Positions 17,439-28,512 of a stretch of 64,000 nt of DNA are shown here, piece after piece (the stretch's first letter is position 1; every line of letters begins with the position of its first letter). Below the pieces are notes generated by a model. The model made no database searches. It was not told where the DNA came from and saw only the letters and a list, made by a program, of their open reading frames with translations. The position numbers and the translations under genes were made by a program. Source of the stretch: a virus (taxonomy: Duplodnaviria > Caudoviricetes); IMG/VR virus record IMGVR_UViG_3300028591_000076, positions 1 through 64,000 of that record; one strand, 5' to 3'.

Positions 17439-19799
17439 ATGAATAATATATTTAATCAAATACTAACAGAAGCTAGCAAAGCACGCTTTATAAATAAAGC
17501 AGACCTAACTGCTGAAGAAAAAGATAAGTATATAAAATTTTTTAATACACACCCAAATTTAGATAATTTAGTTAAATGGCAAGACCCTAATGATGTTACT
17601 AGAGAAAAATTAGAGTCCATCTATAATATGGCTATAGCTAATTCAAAAGAAAAAAAGTTATCCAGACAAAAATATAGACAGGCCTTAGATAATGGTCCAG
17701 CACAGCTTTTCTTAAGCAGACCCGATGATTTTAAGATTATTGATGAAAATGATAAATTTCTTTTTGTACAAGTTCTAACATATGAAGGCGCTAAGTTCTG
17801 CGATAGTCCAGAATGTGGCGGACAAGGCGCAAAATGGTGTATTGGATATGAAAAGACTGACGAATACTGGAAATCTTATACGCGTGTTATAGATATACCC
17901 GAAGAAGATGATGAAGAAGGCTTATATGATGACTATGAAAATGGCATGTATAATAATACATTTATTTTAGCTTTTAATAAAGATATTCATGTACCACAAA
18001 ATAAATTAAAGTATATGCTTCGTCTTAGACTAGATGACTCTTCCGGTGAAGCATGGCCACAAGATGATGACGCTAATAATACAGTTGATATAAAAGACTG
18101 GCCAGAAGTATTTGGTATACTAAGTACTGAAACTGATATACATCCTAAAATTAAGAGGTCTGAATTCTTAGGATATGTTACTACTAGTCATATAAGTATA
18201 GGTGAAATCTCTACTACACCAGCTGAGCGTAAAATTACAAAGTTCAAAGAAAAAGTTATAATACCAGAAGATATTAAAATAATAGGAACAGATGCTTTTA
18301 GAGATGCAATATTTGAAGATGATGTGATATTACCTTCAAATTTAGAGTCAATAAAAGATTATGCATTCTATAAAGCTAGCTTTAAAAATAATCCACAATT
18401 GCCTGAGGGACTTACTAATATAGGCTATAGAGCTTTTGCTTTTTCAAATATATCTGAGATAAATATTCCTTCTACCATAACTCATATAGGCAGTTCAGCT
18501 TTTGGAAACACACCTATTAAAAAAGTAATCTTACCACCTAATGATATTGCTATAGGAAATGTTTTTTATGACTGTAAAAAGCTAGAAGAACTAACAATAA
18601 CTGGTGATACTTCCCTATTCCATGACTCACGTAGCCTTAAAACATTATATTATAATGTGGGCCATAAACTAAAATTAAATTTTACTGGTACATCAAGATA
18701 TACTATAAGAGATAATATTATCATTGATAAATCTACTATGGCTTATATAGCGCCAGTAGAATATTTAGATGATATAAATACTAAAATAACTGAATTAAAT
18801 ATATTACCATATATGAAAGCTATATGTCCTATATGTAGACTTAGTGACGATATTAAAAGTCTGTATATACCAGATGGTATTGAAACTATTGGCGCTAATG
18901 CTTTTGAGTATAGCAGAATTGAAAGTATTAGATTACCTAATACATTAAAAACTATAGGATCACATGCATTTGCTAATTGTACACTTAAGGGTACATTAGA
19001 AATTCCAGAGTCAGTTACTAATATTGAGTCTGGCGCATTTTATGGATGCTATGATTTACTTATCTTTATACCTAGTAATATCAAAACACCTTTAATTGGT
19101 GAAGAATCACAAATTTTCAATGAGCCACTTTCAAATTATTCATATGTAGATGGCATATTATATAATAAAAATGATATGCTAGTTTATTTTATAAATACGG
19201 ACTCAGATACAGTTATTATTCCGGAAGGTATAAAAGGCTTTAAATTTAAGGTAAAAGATGACTATGAGGGCCGTATAATTTATTCTGTAAAATATATAAA
19301 TAATATTAAAAGTATTATATTACCAGATAGCTTTATATTAAAAGATGCAGATTTCTATGGCTTTAAGTCATTACAATTCGTATCATTTCCCAATTCTGCT
19401 ACAAATATTCCAGCTGCATGCTTTTGCAAATGTAAGGAAATAAAACAAATATCATTACCAGATAATATACAATATATTAATCGTAGCGCATTTAGTGGTT
19501 GTAGTTATCTTAAACAAATTACATTATCGCCAAATCTACGTGGAATATCTAATTTTGCATTTAATCATACTGCATTGGAAAAAATAGATTTACCTAAATC
19601 TCTAACTTATCTAGAGCCTGCCGCTTTTACTTCTACTAATATAGGCGTTAGTCCTGACTCTATATCTTATAATGGCACAGTTGACGACTTTAATAATAAT
19701 GTACTTATTTATAGTGAAGAAAGCCTTAAATGTTATTCTAAACGGGAAGCAATTGTTAACTGCGTAGATGGTAAAGCAAAAATAACTATATATATTTAA
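17439..19799 (+). CDS. large BspA-type LRR protein, paralog of 10813..13593
   Basis: EASKARFIN, ECGGQGAKWCIG, multiple LPxxLxxIGxxAF repeats. Confidence 0.88.
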   Translation: MNNIFNQILTEASKARFINKADLTAEEKDKYIKFFNTHPNLDNLVKWQDPNDVTREKLESIYNMAIANSKEKKLSRQKYRQALDNGPAQLFLSRPDDFKIIDENDKFLFVQVLTYEGAKFCDSPECGGQGAKWCIGYEKTDEYWKSYTRVIDIPEEDDEEGLYDDYENGMYNNTFILAFNKDIHVPQNKLKYMLRLRLDDSSGEAWPQDDDANNTVDIKDWPEVFGILSTETDIHPKIKRSEFLGYVTTSHISIGEISTTPAERKITKFKEKVIIPEDIKIIGTDAFRDAIFEDDVILPSNLESIKDYAFYKASFKNNPQLPEGLTNIGYRAFAFSNISEINIPSTITHIGSSAFGNTPIKKVILPPNDIAIGNVFYDCKKLEELTITGDTSLFHDSRSLKTLYYNVGHKLKLNFTGTSRYTIRDNIIIDKSTMAYIAPVEYLDDINTKITELNILPYMKAICPICRLSDDIKSLYIPDGIETIGANAFEYSRIESIRLPNTLKTIGSHAFANCTLKGTLEIPESVTNIESGAFYGCYDLLIFIPSNIKTPLIGEESQIFNEPLSNYSYVDGILYNKNDMLVYFINTDSDTVIIPEGIKGFKFKVKDDYEGRIIYSVKYINNIKSIILPDSFILKDADFYGFKSLQFVSFPNSATNIPAACFCKCKEIKQISLPDNIQYINRSAFSGCSYLKQITLSPNLRGISNFAFNHTALEKIDLPKSLTYLEPAAFTSTNIGVSPDSISYNGTVDDFNNNVLIYSEESLKCYSKREAIVNCVDGKAKITIYI

Positions 19800-20548
19800 T
19801 AAATACTAAAATATGACGTTATAGTAGAGTCTGATAATCCCTGTACTAATAAATTATATAGAGCAGCTATATTATAATATTCTTTATTTTGATTGATATA
19901 GTTATGTATTAGAAATGTAATACAATAATCATTTGTCTTTAATAATTCAATATTTCTATGCTTATGAGTAGTACAATTATAAGGCTCCCACATAAGAAGT
20001 CCATTACGTTTTCTCTTAGAACATATAATATTCATATCTTCAAAAATATTATGAATTAGTCTGGTATTTATTAGTAAAGATGAAGTATCTATCCAATTTG
20101 AAGACTTATGTATTTTCTGTAATAAATCAACTTCATTATTAGACTTAACTAAGTCAGCAATAGATATTGAGTCGACAATATTACTCATATATATATTATA
20201 TTTATCTTTTATTACTTTTGTTAAAAAAGGCTTAGCATAATCTTTTAAGTCTATTTTTCTACCACTCACCTTTAAGCCAAAAACATTACTTAATACATTT
20301 GATACTGCTACTGGGAGAGGTAAAAAATATTTAGCATCTTTTCTTTTAAGCTCCCACATCTCTGCAGCTTCCGTATAATGAAAACTACAACCTTCCTCAA
20401 ACTTACTAAGTTCATGTCCAAAAGTAGAAGTTATAGATATATAACCTGGATTTACTCGAACTACTTGATGTAAAATAATAATTGATGTATCCCCGTTAGC
20501 CAAGGTTTCTAGAGCATTTTCTAATGTTTTATAGGAAATATTATTCAT
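19796..20548 (-). CDS. hypothetical protein
   Basis: 250 aa downstream of TTACATATT; ends TITSYFSIY. Confidence 0.7.
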   Translation of the reverse strand: MNNISYKTLENALETLANGDTSIIILHQVVRVNPGYISITSTFGHELSKFEEGCSFHYTEAAEMWELKRKDAKYFLPLPVAVSNVLSNVFGLKVSGRKIDLKDYAKPFLTKVIKDKYNIYMSNIVDSISIADLVKSNNEVDLLQKIHKSSNWIDTSSLLINTRLIHNIFEDMNIICSKRKRNGLLMWEPYNCTTHKHRNIELLKTNDYCITFLIHNYINQNKEYYNIAALYNLLVQGLSDSTITSYFSIY

Positions 20549-20602
20549 AATAACTTGATATTTCTTTCAATATCTTATATTTAATAATATGTAAGCCTAT
20601 AA

Positions 20603-22567
20603 TTATAATGTATAGTCGTATTTATCAAATATTATTTTTAAGAATTTACGATTTGCTCTAGTATCACCTTTTCTTAATATAGCTGTTAATACAGTATCTT
20701 TACCAAATATGCTAATAATTTTATTTAATGCGTATTCAAATAGTTCATCTGTAGATTTAGCTACAATATCTAAATAAAACATTGCACTACCTATATTTCC
20801 GTTATCTAATAAGAGCTTATGGTCTTTTCCATAATTATCATACAGATATTTTAATACAATATCTGCTCCCTTAAATAATATATCTATCTGCTCTTTTTTT
20901 GATAAAATATTCTTATTTAATGTAATACTAGTGTCTGATAATCTATGATTATAAATTCCATCTAAATTATTAAGTATTCTCATATTTTCTGCAAATTCTA
21001 TTATGCCATAATATACAATAGTATCTTCAGAATATATGATATCTATATGAGGTATTTTCTTATAAGCTTTTTCAAGTATTTCACGCTTTATCCATTTATG
21101 CCAAAGTAGCACAGTAACTCTACAGCCTATATCATCAGTCCAGAAGTCTTCTTTTTTAACTACGGGTGGAAGATACTTAAATGTTTTACTTGCTAATGCA
21201 TCATCTATTAATATAGGGAATACTAAAATATCTTCATCGCCATAATTATTATTTTCAACTACTAATATTTCATCATCTATATCTACAAACCATATATAAT
21301 CACCCGTAGCAGCTTCAAAGCCGGATCGTCTACCTTCTAATATACCCAAGTTTGCTTTATTTACAACTATAGTAGGATTACCAATATATTCTAGTGGCTT
21401 ATCCTTATTATCTCTATTATCAACTATTATAGCCTCATATTTCACCTGTACTCTATTAAGGTATTCTGTAAATGTTTTTAGATACTGCTGATTACCATCG
21501 TAAACTAACATTATAATAGATAGTGTATATGGCCAAAGTTCCTTTGGTAAAAAGTGTTGTTCTACTATACGAGTTACTGGTCTCTCTACTAAAGTTTGAG
21601 TTTCTTCATCATAGTAAGTTTCCGTACAGCTAATTTCCTTATCAATACTATATTCAGGCCCATATACTTTCTGTAAACGCCTTAATAAAATTTCATAATA
21701 AGATGGTTTTTTTAGAGATGGAATAACTAAGCTATTAAGACCTTGTGTAAATTGTTGCTTAGTCATAACTTCGGTTAAAATATCAGTTAAATCTGTGATT
21801 TGTTGGCTTGCATCTATTGAGCGTCTTTGTATATATGTATAATTTGATAATAAATAAGGTGCATTATTATTATATAATGATCCATATAAATCAGGATAAT
21901 CTTTTAATACTTTCTTAAGTATTTCAAATTGAGCTTTACTGCCTATACAAATATGTTTTATAGTATCTGTACTACAAGTTTTATAAGATATAGATGGTCC
22001 TGGATTATGTTTATAAATTACTTCTTCTGAGCATTCAAGATTCTTTGCATTCACTAATGCAATAAGTAAGTATATTACATCTTCTCCATTTACAATTTTT
22101 AAGCTATCATCTATATATTCATCTACATTATTATATAAGGACTTTCTTATAATCTTATTCCATAATGCAAATCCTAAGCTGCCAAAGGTATCAGGCTTAA
22201 GTATACCAACATGGGATAATACGGCTGGCTTTATATTAGACTCTTGGTCCGAACCTATATAATTGTATATATTTACATCTACATTTTCATTAAAAGACTC
22301 TAATCCCAATACTTCATCATCGCCATCTACAAACCAAATAAAGTCACCACTAGATAAGTCTATAATTTTTTTTCTAGCAGAAAACTGATAAGCATTATAA
22401 CCAAAAGAAAATGCTATAGGCGCATTTATTGGAATATCTTTATATTTTTCTCGATTATCTATGATTATAATTTCATAAGGTACTTTTACTCTTGTGCTTA
22501 TTTGATTTAATAATCTATCTATATAGATGTAGTCCTTATCACAAATTATTATTCCTATTGTTAGCAT
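20603..22567 (-). CDS. tandem two-domain GT2-family glycosyltransferase
   Basis: two copies of IIxDN...R...GD(F/Y)IWFVDxDD...LWxK.I...ED. Confidence 0.88.
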   Translation of the reverse strand: MLTIGIIICDKDYIYIDRLLNQISTRVKVPYEIIIIDNREKYKDIPINAPIAFSFGYNAYQFSARKKIIDLSSGDFIWFVDGDDEVLGLESFNENVDVNIYNYIGSDQESNIKPAVLSHVGILKPDTFGSLGFALWNKIIRKSLYNNVDEYIDDSLKIVNGEDVIYLLIALVNAKNLECSEEVIYKHNPGPSISYKTCSTDTIKHICIGSKAQFEILKKVLKDYPDLYGSLYNNNAPYLLSNYTYIQRRSIDASQQITDLTDILTEVMTKQQFTQGLNSLVIPSLKKPSYYEILLRRLQKVYGPEYSIDKEISCTETYYDEETQTLVERPVTRIVEQHFLPKELWPYTLSIIMLVYDGNQQYLKTFTEYLNRVQVKYEAIIVDNRDNKDKPLEYIGNPTIVVNKANLGILEGRRSGFEAATGDYIWFVDIDDEILVVENNNYGDEDILVFPILIDDALASKTFKYLPPVVKKEDFWTDDIGCRVTVLLWHKWIKREILEKAYKKIPHIDIIYSEDTIVYYGIIEFAENMRILNNLDGIYNHRLSDTSITLNKNILSKKEQIDILFKGADIVLKYLYDNYGKDHKLLLDNGNIGSAMFYLDIVAKSTDELFEYALNKIISIFGKDTVLTAILRKGDTRANRKFLKIIFDKYDYTL

Positions 22568-22581
22568 AATTAAGCCTATTA

Positions 22582-24579
22582 TTAAAGATTAAAGCTGAAA
22601 GACTTACTACTATCAGCACTAATACTTGTAGTAGTAAGAGCAGTAGACCCTTTATATATTGTTATATCAAAAGAATTATGTATTGAAGCTACAATATTAC
22701 TCGTTGTTGATGATAATGCGCCAGCAGAAAGAATAACTACAGAGCTAGATGCTGAATTCCACAAAACTTTATATGATATAGTAAGACTAATATTACTAGG
22801 TAATGCTGATGTAGATTTTACCTCAACTTTACTTATTGAATAAACCGTATAAGTATATGTTTCCTCATATGGATAATAATCAAGTTCTTTAGTACCCGTT
22901 TCAGTCTTTGATGTAGCAGAGATAGTAACATATAAGGTTGGGAATATACAAACATTACCACACCCTTTATAAGTAGTTCTCTTTGAACAGCTATTAGCCG
23001 CTGTTCTACAAGCACAAGTTGTTGAGCCATTAGTAGTAGGACAAGAATCTAAATATTTGCCAGAATAACAAGCATTATTTAATATCATCTTTTCCCAAGT
23101 GGGACTCTTAAAATAGTCACATATATTTCTAGTTGATGCAGCCATTGTGTGTAATAAGCATTTTGACTTATATGCATTATTACGATTTAGTATTGCAGTT
23201 TTTTGATTTTCAAAGTCCGTTGACTTTTTACTTGCATATTTTGTTTTTTCTGCTGCTTCTTCATTTTCTATAAGTGTTGCACATTCAGCTTTTTTAGTAG
23301 ATGCTGTATCTTCTATAGCTTTTTTTGATGCTGCTCTAAAAGAAACACTACTTGTGTCTGTTTTTAAGCTATCTAAGATAGTTTCGCTAAAAATACCTAA
23401 AAATCCGTATTGAGTTACGCCAGTTCCTAAATTGCTGTTTACAAATTCATTTGTACCAGCAGTCCTAGCTTTATACAAGCCAGCAGATTTTGCTCCAGCT
23501 TCTGATGACGCTGTTCCTGAATACCAGTTATAATAATTTCCAGGCGACCTATAACAATATCTAGCAGTTATTACTGTGCCAGGCTTACAATAACCAAGGT
23601 CAAACCAACCACCATTATCTAAGTCAAAATTATCAGAATTAACTAATTTTCCATTTACATATAAATATATCTGGCCATCTCTACCTAAGTTATAAGACCA
23701 ATTTTTATATACTGGAGACATACTAAAGTTATTATTATCTATAGTACCAGTATAAGAAGGCTGACTATATAGATATTCAACATTAGCTGATTTATTAATA
23801 TAAAAGTCTCTTAGGTATATACTTAAAACACATGGCTCAATTATAGTTTTTTGATAAATTTCTCCTGCCTTAATTACTTTTGTTTCAAAGTCTTCTATAG
23901 AACCAGTTAGCTTATTTGTATACTCAACATAAGATAAGTCATAATCAGTTAAATATGACTTACCTAATGTTATAGGCATATTTGTCTTACCTTCTAATGA
24001 TAATGATAAATAAATATTATTACCTTTAGTAAACTCATATATATGATTATGAATTCCAGCACTTGCTAAAATAACATTTGAAGGACTTAGAATTTCATAA
24101 TAGTAAATATCTAATGTTTGTCCATCACTACTAGTTGGCGCTTCTTTAATAATGCTCTCTATCTTAAAACTTGATAATTTTATATTGCTTCCTGATGGAA
24201 TAGTTATTTTATATGAACTTAATAATATATGTCCATTACACAAATCATATACTTCTGATGAAGATTTATTTCCGCTAAGAGTTACAGATGTGCCATTTAT
24301 ATTCCAAATAGATGAATAGCCTATAGCAGAACATTTATTTCTACTAGATGAACCATTTCCACGACTTCTATATATTACTTTTAATGTATATACACCATTA
24401 CTAGTAAAGTTTACATTAGCTAAATTACTTGTAATATCAAAGCTGCTAGGAGCAGTTAACTTAGCTATCTTATAGAGAAATTTATCTTCTACACCAGTTT
24501 CTAATTTATATGTATTTGGATAATATGTATTTTTTTTAGTTAAAACTTGTAATTTAGCCATTATTATATTTAGTGGCAA
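22582..24579 (-). CDS. putative virion/tail protein with Cys-rich segment
   Basis: Ser/Thr/Tyr-rich beta-type composition; in tail operon. Confidence 0.55.
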   Translation of the reverse strand: MPLNIIMAKLQVLTKKNTYYPNTYKLETGVEDKFLYKIAKLTAPSSFDITSNLANVNFTSNGVYTLKVIYRSRGNGSSSRNKCSAIGYSSIWNINGTSVTLSGNKSSSEVYDLCNGHILLSSYKITIPSGSNIKLSSFKIESIIKEAPTSSDGQTLDIYYYEILSPSNVILASAGIHNHIYEFTKGNNIYLSLSLEGKTNMPITLGKSYLTDYDLSYVEYTNKLTGSIEDFETKVIKAGEIYQKTIIEPCVLSIYLRDFYINKSANVEYLYSQPSYTGTIDNNNFSMSPVYKNWSYNLGRDGQIYLYVNGKLVNSDNFDLDNGGWFDLGYCKPGTVITARYCYRSPGNYYNWYSGTASSEAGAKSAGLYKARTAGTNEFVNSNLGTGVTQYGFLGIFSETILDSLKTDTSSVSFRAASKKAIEDTASTKKAECATLIENEEAAEKTKYASKKSTDFENQKTAILNRNNAYKSKCLLHTMAASTRNICDYFKSPTWEKMILNNACYSGKYLDSCPTTNGSTTCACRTAANSCSKRTTYKGCGNVCIFPTLYVTISATSKTETGTKELDYYPYEETYTYTVYSISKVEVKSTSALPSNISLTISYKVLWNSASSSVVILSAGALSSTTSNIVASIHNSFDITIYKGSTALTTTSISADSSKSFSFNL

Positions 24580-24596
24580 TAATAATGTGGCAAATA

Positions 24597-26123
24597 TTAT
24601 TCTATAATTCGGATTTCTATACCGTTTATTGAAGTAACATTTATGTTTCCTGGCACAGTCAAAGAGCCATCTTTACCAAAAACAAACTCTTTCTTACCAT
24701 TATAGCCGCCTTGTAAATTTGTAAGAATATTTACACTTTCGTCGCCAGTTACTAGCATATTTTCACTATTTGCAGCTAGGCCATAATTATTTTTAACTTC
24801 TTTTACTGACTCACCAGATCCTATAACAACTGAGCCTTCGCCACCAATTAACATACCATGTCCATAATTGTCATTAGTATTATCTATAAAATCAATTACA
24901 GTTTTTGTATATCCAGCGCCCTGATAAGCAATTGGCTTCGTAATTGTAGTATTAGACTTCATCTCACGAATAGACGTTATAAGTTCTTGATAATTATTAT
25001 TTATAGTAGTACTTAAATTTGATAAAGTAGATTTTATTGTTGGTATTTCTCCATTCACATAATCTCTAACTTGCGCTGAAATATCTGTATCAAATTCGTC
25101 TACTCTATTAGCAATGCTTGTAATTTGGCTATTTAATGAGGCTAATTGTTCTGAGGTAATATTAGAAATATTAGAAATTTTGTCTGATATAATTTCATAG
25201 TCTATTGCTGGAACATTATCATCATAGAAGTTCTGTTTATCAGCTACAAGAGATACACTTACAGTAGGCACCATATTATCAAGATCTCTTACTATAGTTA
25301 CATTCAAATTCTCATCATGAGAAACGCTATATATACGAGTATCATTCTCTAAATATTTTTCACAAGCGGCCTGTAAATGATTATCTATTTTTTCTCTAAT
25401 TTCTTCTGGAGATGAATATATATTAGATGGTATAAAGTCATCTTCCGTTTTAGCTTTTAATTCAAATATATTTCTATCAAAACTTCTAGTTACAATGTCA
25501 TTGATACTTGATGATAAAGTTGGACCGCAAATTGTAGCTAATGTATTATTGAGCTCTTGCAACATAGCCATTACTATCTCATCTACTTGTGGCTTATATA
25601 CAGCATCATAGTAAGCATCATTTGTGCCATATGTATCTAATAATGATGGGTTATTATCAATATCCCTTCTCGCTTTATCAAAATATTCATCATATAAAGA
25701 TGTATATATTCTTTGATAAGCATCTGTTTTCTTAAAAGTTTCTAAATCAAAAGCTAAAAGAGCACTAGTGTTTTCCTGTATAAAATTATTAACATTTTCT
25801 AATGTTTCAGCTTTAGTATCAGTTAGAATACCACTTGAATAAGTAACTATATTTGGTAAATTTTTTCCTCTTTCAAAAGCATGTATGCTATTATACATAC
25901 GATTACAATCTACAGTTTCTTTTACTTTCTTAAGTAATTCTTCCTTGTCAGATTCAACTTTATAGTCTGCTACGGACCAGTTAAACTCGGGCTCTTCTAT
26001 TCGAGACCATGGAGCATTACCATCAGCCATTTCTGTTTGCTGATGTGGCCTAATGAGAATATTTGCGCCTTCTTTTTTAGCGCGCATTATATTTATTTTA
26101 TCTTCTAATGTTAAATCTGGCAT
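24597..26123 (-). CDS. putative tail fibre protein
   Basis: coiled-coil centre, C-terminal FVFGKDGSLTVPG fibre-like motif; N-terminus paralogous to next gene. Confidence 0.6.
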   Translation of the reverse strand: MPDLTLEDKINIMRAKKEGANILIRPHQQTEMADGNAPWSRIEEPEFNWSVADYKVESDKEELLKKVKETVDCNRMYNSIHAFERGKNLPNIVTYSSGILTDTKAETLENVNNFIQENTSALLAFDLETFKKTDAYQRIYTSLYDEYFDKARRDIDNNPSLLDTYGTNDAYYDAVYKPQVDEIVMAMLQELNNTLATICGPTLSSSINDIVTRSFDRNIFELKAKTEDDFIPSNIYSSPEEIREKIDNHLQAACEKYLENDTRIYSVSHDENLNVTIVRDLDNMVPTVSVSLVADKQNFYDDNVPAIDYEIISDKISNISNITSEQLASLNSQITSIANRVDEFDTDISAQVRDYVNGEIPTIKSTLSNLSTTINNNYQELITSIREMKSNTTITKPIAYQGAGYTKTVIDFIDNTNDNYGHGMLIGGEGSVVIGSGESVKEVKNNYGLAANSENMLVTGDESVNILTNLQGGYNGKKEFVFGKDGSLTVPGNINVTSINGIEIRIIE

Positions 26124-26139
26124 TACTTATTCTCCAAAA

Positions 26140-27708
26140 TTATGCTATTCTTTCCCAAACAAATTTAACTATATATGGAGGCATATTATTATGTGCTTGT
26201 CCACTACCGCTATTTGCAATTGTAATTCCTGTAGTTGATGCATTTACAGTTACACTCTGATTTAAGTCATCACCCGTACCGTTAGTATCGCCAGAGCCAA
26301 AGTTTGTACCAGTATGATTATTATCATCAGCTCCTCTATCTATATATGCATAAGCTGAGTGACCATGGCCTGGATCATTAACGTCATGACTATGTACTGG
26401 CATTTCTTCTATAGTTAATACATGCGTAGCCTCACCACCTGTAGCATTAGCCGTTTTATAAATATCACCAGCTGCTAGGATAAATTGGTCTTTAATTTGA
26501 GTCCATGTTCCAATACCTAATGTATCTGCTGGATTAGCATTAGTGCTAGATACATAAATTGACCCTATCGGATAAACTTTATCAATAATAGTATTAGCTA
26601 TAGCTTCTGCTTGAATTTCTGCAAAATTGTCAGATAAATTATTAAATAAGTTTCTAGTTGTAGTCTCAGCTTTACTTACAATTTCAGATTCATTTTTACT
26701 ATTATATTCTTCTATAGCAGCATCTATTAAATTATTTGTTTCAACTGTTATTGCTTCATGCTCTTCTATAATTCTATCATTAATAATACTTTCTGTTTCA
26801 CTTAAAGCGTTTGCATTTAATTCTTCTACTTTTTTTAAAATTTCATTTGCTTTATTTTCAAGTTCATCAATAGTAACAACAGTATATTTTTTCTCTACAT
26901 CATCTATCTTATCTGTTATTTGATATATATTCTTATCTTCAGATAATGTTGTTCTCTCTAAATCATAAGAAATAGTAATCGCATTTCCATTATCTACATC
27001 TTTTAAGAATACCGCTGTTATATTATTTTCATTATATTCTATAATACTCTTATCTGGTGCGTTAGGATAATCAAAAGCAATCTTATCAGCCAATGTTTGA
27101 ACAGTATTCTTTATATCTTGCTCAGTTGGCGCTGTATTAGTATAAAGAGACTCTTCATTAGGAAGATTACTACTTTTAGTTTGTATTGACTCATCTAAAA
27201 GGCTCTTTACATTTGTTAAAAGTTTATCTTTAATTATAGGCTTAATAGCCTCAGTAAAATCATGTAAATACTGATTTACTAAATTCGTATCATTATTAGA
27301 AGCCATTAAAAGCCTATTATAAAAAGCAGTATTACCAATAGTAGATACGTCTACGCCAGACATATCAACAGCTAGATTTTCATCTAAATTATTATTTATA
27401 ATAGTTTTTGCACTGTTTAAGACTTTAGTTGCGTATGTATTAATATTTTCTAGTTTCTTTCCTCGCTCAAGCCAATTAAGTTTTTGAACTAAGCTAGGAT
27501 AATTAAGAGACGCATTAGCAGCATTACTAGTAATAGTAGAAATATCATTTACTGGCTGGTAGTCAGATACACCCCAGTTCCATGCTGGGTCATCAACTTT
27601 AACATATTTATCTGACTGTTCTGCTTTTACATAAATCTGACCGCCCGCTTGAGCAACTTGCATTACAGCTATTTTTTCTGCTAAGCTACGTTTTGGTTCT
27701 AAAGCCAT
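26140..27708 (-). CDS. tail fibre/baseplate protein with gp10-C/collar-like C-terminal domain
   Basis: VYPIGSIYVS, GTW, GGEATHVLTIEEMPVHSH, HNNMPPYIVKFVWER. Confidence 0.85.
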   Translation of the reverse strand: MALEPKRSLAEKIAVMQVAQAGGQIYVKAEQSDKYVKVDDPAWNWGVSDYQPVNDISTITSNAANASLNYPSLVQKLNWLERGKKLENINTYATKVLNSAKTIINNNLDENLAVDMSGVDVSTIGNTAFYNRLLMASNNDTNLVNQYLHDFTEAIKPIIKDKLLTNVKSLLDESIQTKSSNLPNEESLYTNTAPTEQDIKNTVQTLADKIAFDYPNAPDKSIIEYNENNITAVFLKDVDNGNAITISYDLERTTLSEDKNIYQITDKIDDVEKKYTVVTIDELENKANEILKKVEELNANALSETESIINDRIIEEHEAITVETNNLIDAAIEEYNSKNESEIVSKAETTTRNLFNNLSDNFAEIQAEAIANTIIDKVYPIGSIYVSSTNANPADTLGIGTWTQIKDQFILAAGDIYKTANATGGEATHVLTIEEMPVHSHDVNDPGHGHSAYAYIDRGADDNNHTGTNFGSGDTNGTGDDLNQSVTVNASTTGITIANSGSGQAHNNMPPYIVKFVWERIA

Positions 27709-28508
27709 TATCTTGCTACCCCTATTACGTCATTTTGAGAATACCACTTTCCACCAGATATTTTCGTATCCTGTTCCCATAAGGTATCCTCTAGTGTTTC
27801 CTGTAATAAAATTACTCCGCCGTCTTCATCTTGTTTATTATACCATTTATCAGTTGTTGGCGGTAAAATATAATTAGAATTCTTTATTTCGCCTCTTACT
27901 TTTAAGGTAGCTGTTCTATCATCATTTGTAGCGTCCTTAAAATGTTTAATATCATCTCTAAATGGTAAATCAGCATTTGTATAGCCTTCACCAACTGATG
28001 AACCCATGCGTCCTATATACTTATAAAAAGAAATAGTAACCTGGTCATTACTATGCTCTATAGCAAAATTATTATCGCTAAAATAAAGCGTTCCTGCAGC
28101 TACATCAAATACTGGCTTTCCTAACTCATATGCAAGCTTATTGCCATTTATAAAAATCTTAGGAACATATGTATTTCCGCTATCTTCCAAAATTATATTT
28201 TTTAATTCTGGATGAGAATAACAGTTTATTGTACCTTCTACCCTCTTTAATGGTAAACCATCATAATATGATATCAAATTCCTTACTGTTGCGCCATCGT
28301 TAAAAGTAGTAAGTTTACCATATTTATATGACGCACCAGAAGTATCATAAGTTTCATACAATTTACCAATATATGAAGGCGCAACCTCTGGTATAAGGTT
28401 TGCGTCTCTCCAAATTTGAGTAGATTTTATTATTTGTCCTGAAATTTTCTCGGGCTCTTCAAAATGCTCACGAGTAGTTTCTACTTTAGATGTATAACTC
28501 TTATCCAT
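27708..28508 (-). CDS. putative virion structural protein
   Basis: FDVAAGTLYF...ISFYKYIG motif shared with next gene. Confidence 0.6.
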   Translation of the reverse strand: MDKSYTSKVETTREHFEEPEKISGQIIKSTQIWRDANLIPEVAPSYIGKLYETYDTSGASYKYGKLTTFNDGATVRNLISYYDGLPLKRVEGTINCYSHPELKNIILEDSGNTYVPKIFINGNKLAYELGKPVFDVAAGTLYFSDNNFAIEHSNDQVTISFYKYIGRMGSSVGEGYTNADLPFRDDIKHFKDATNDDRTATLKVRGEIKNSNYILPPTTDKWYNKQDEDGGVILLQETLEDTLWEQDTKISGGKWYSQNDVIGVAR

Positions 28509-28512
28509 TTAC

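Noticed and set aside
23962-26522. Other CATTAGGT occurrences (minus strand, near 23962 and 26515)
   Set aside because: They are read as ACA-TTA-GGT (Thr-Leu-Gly) within uninterrupted ORFs, so TAG is out of frame.
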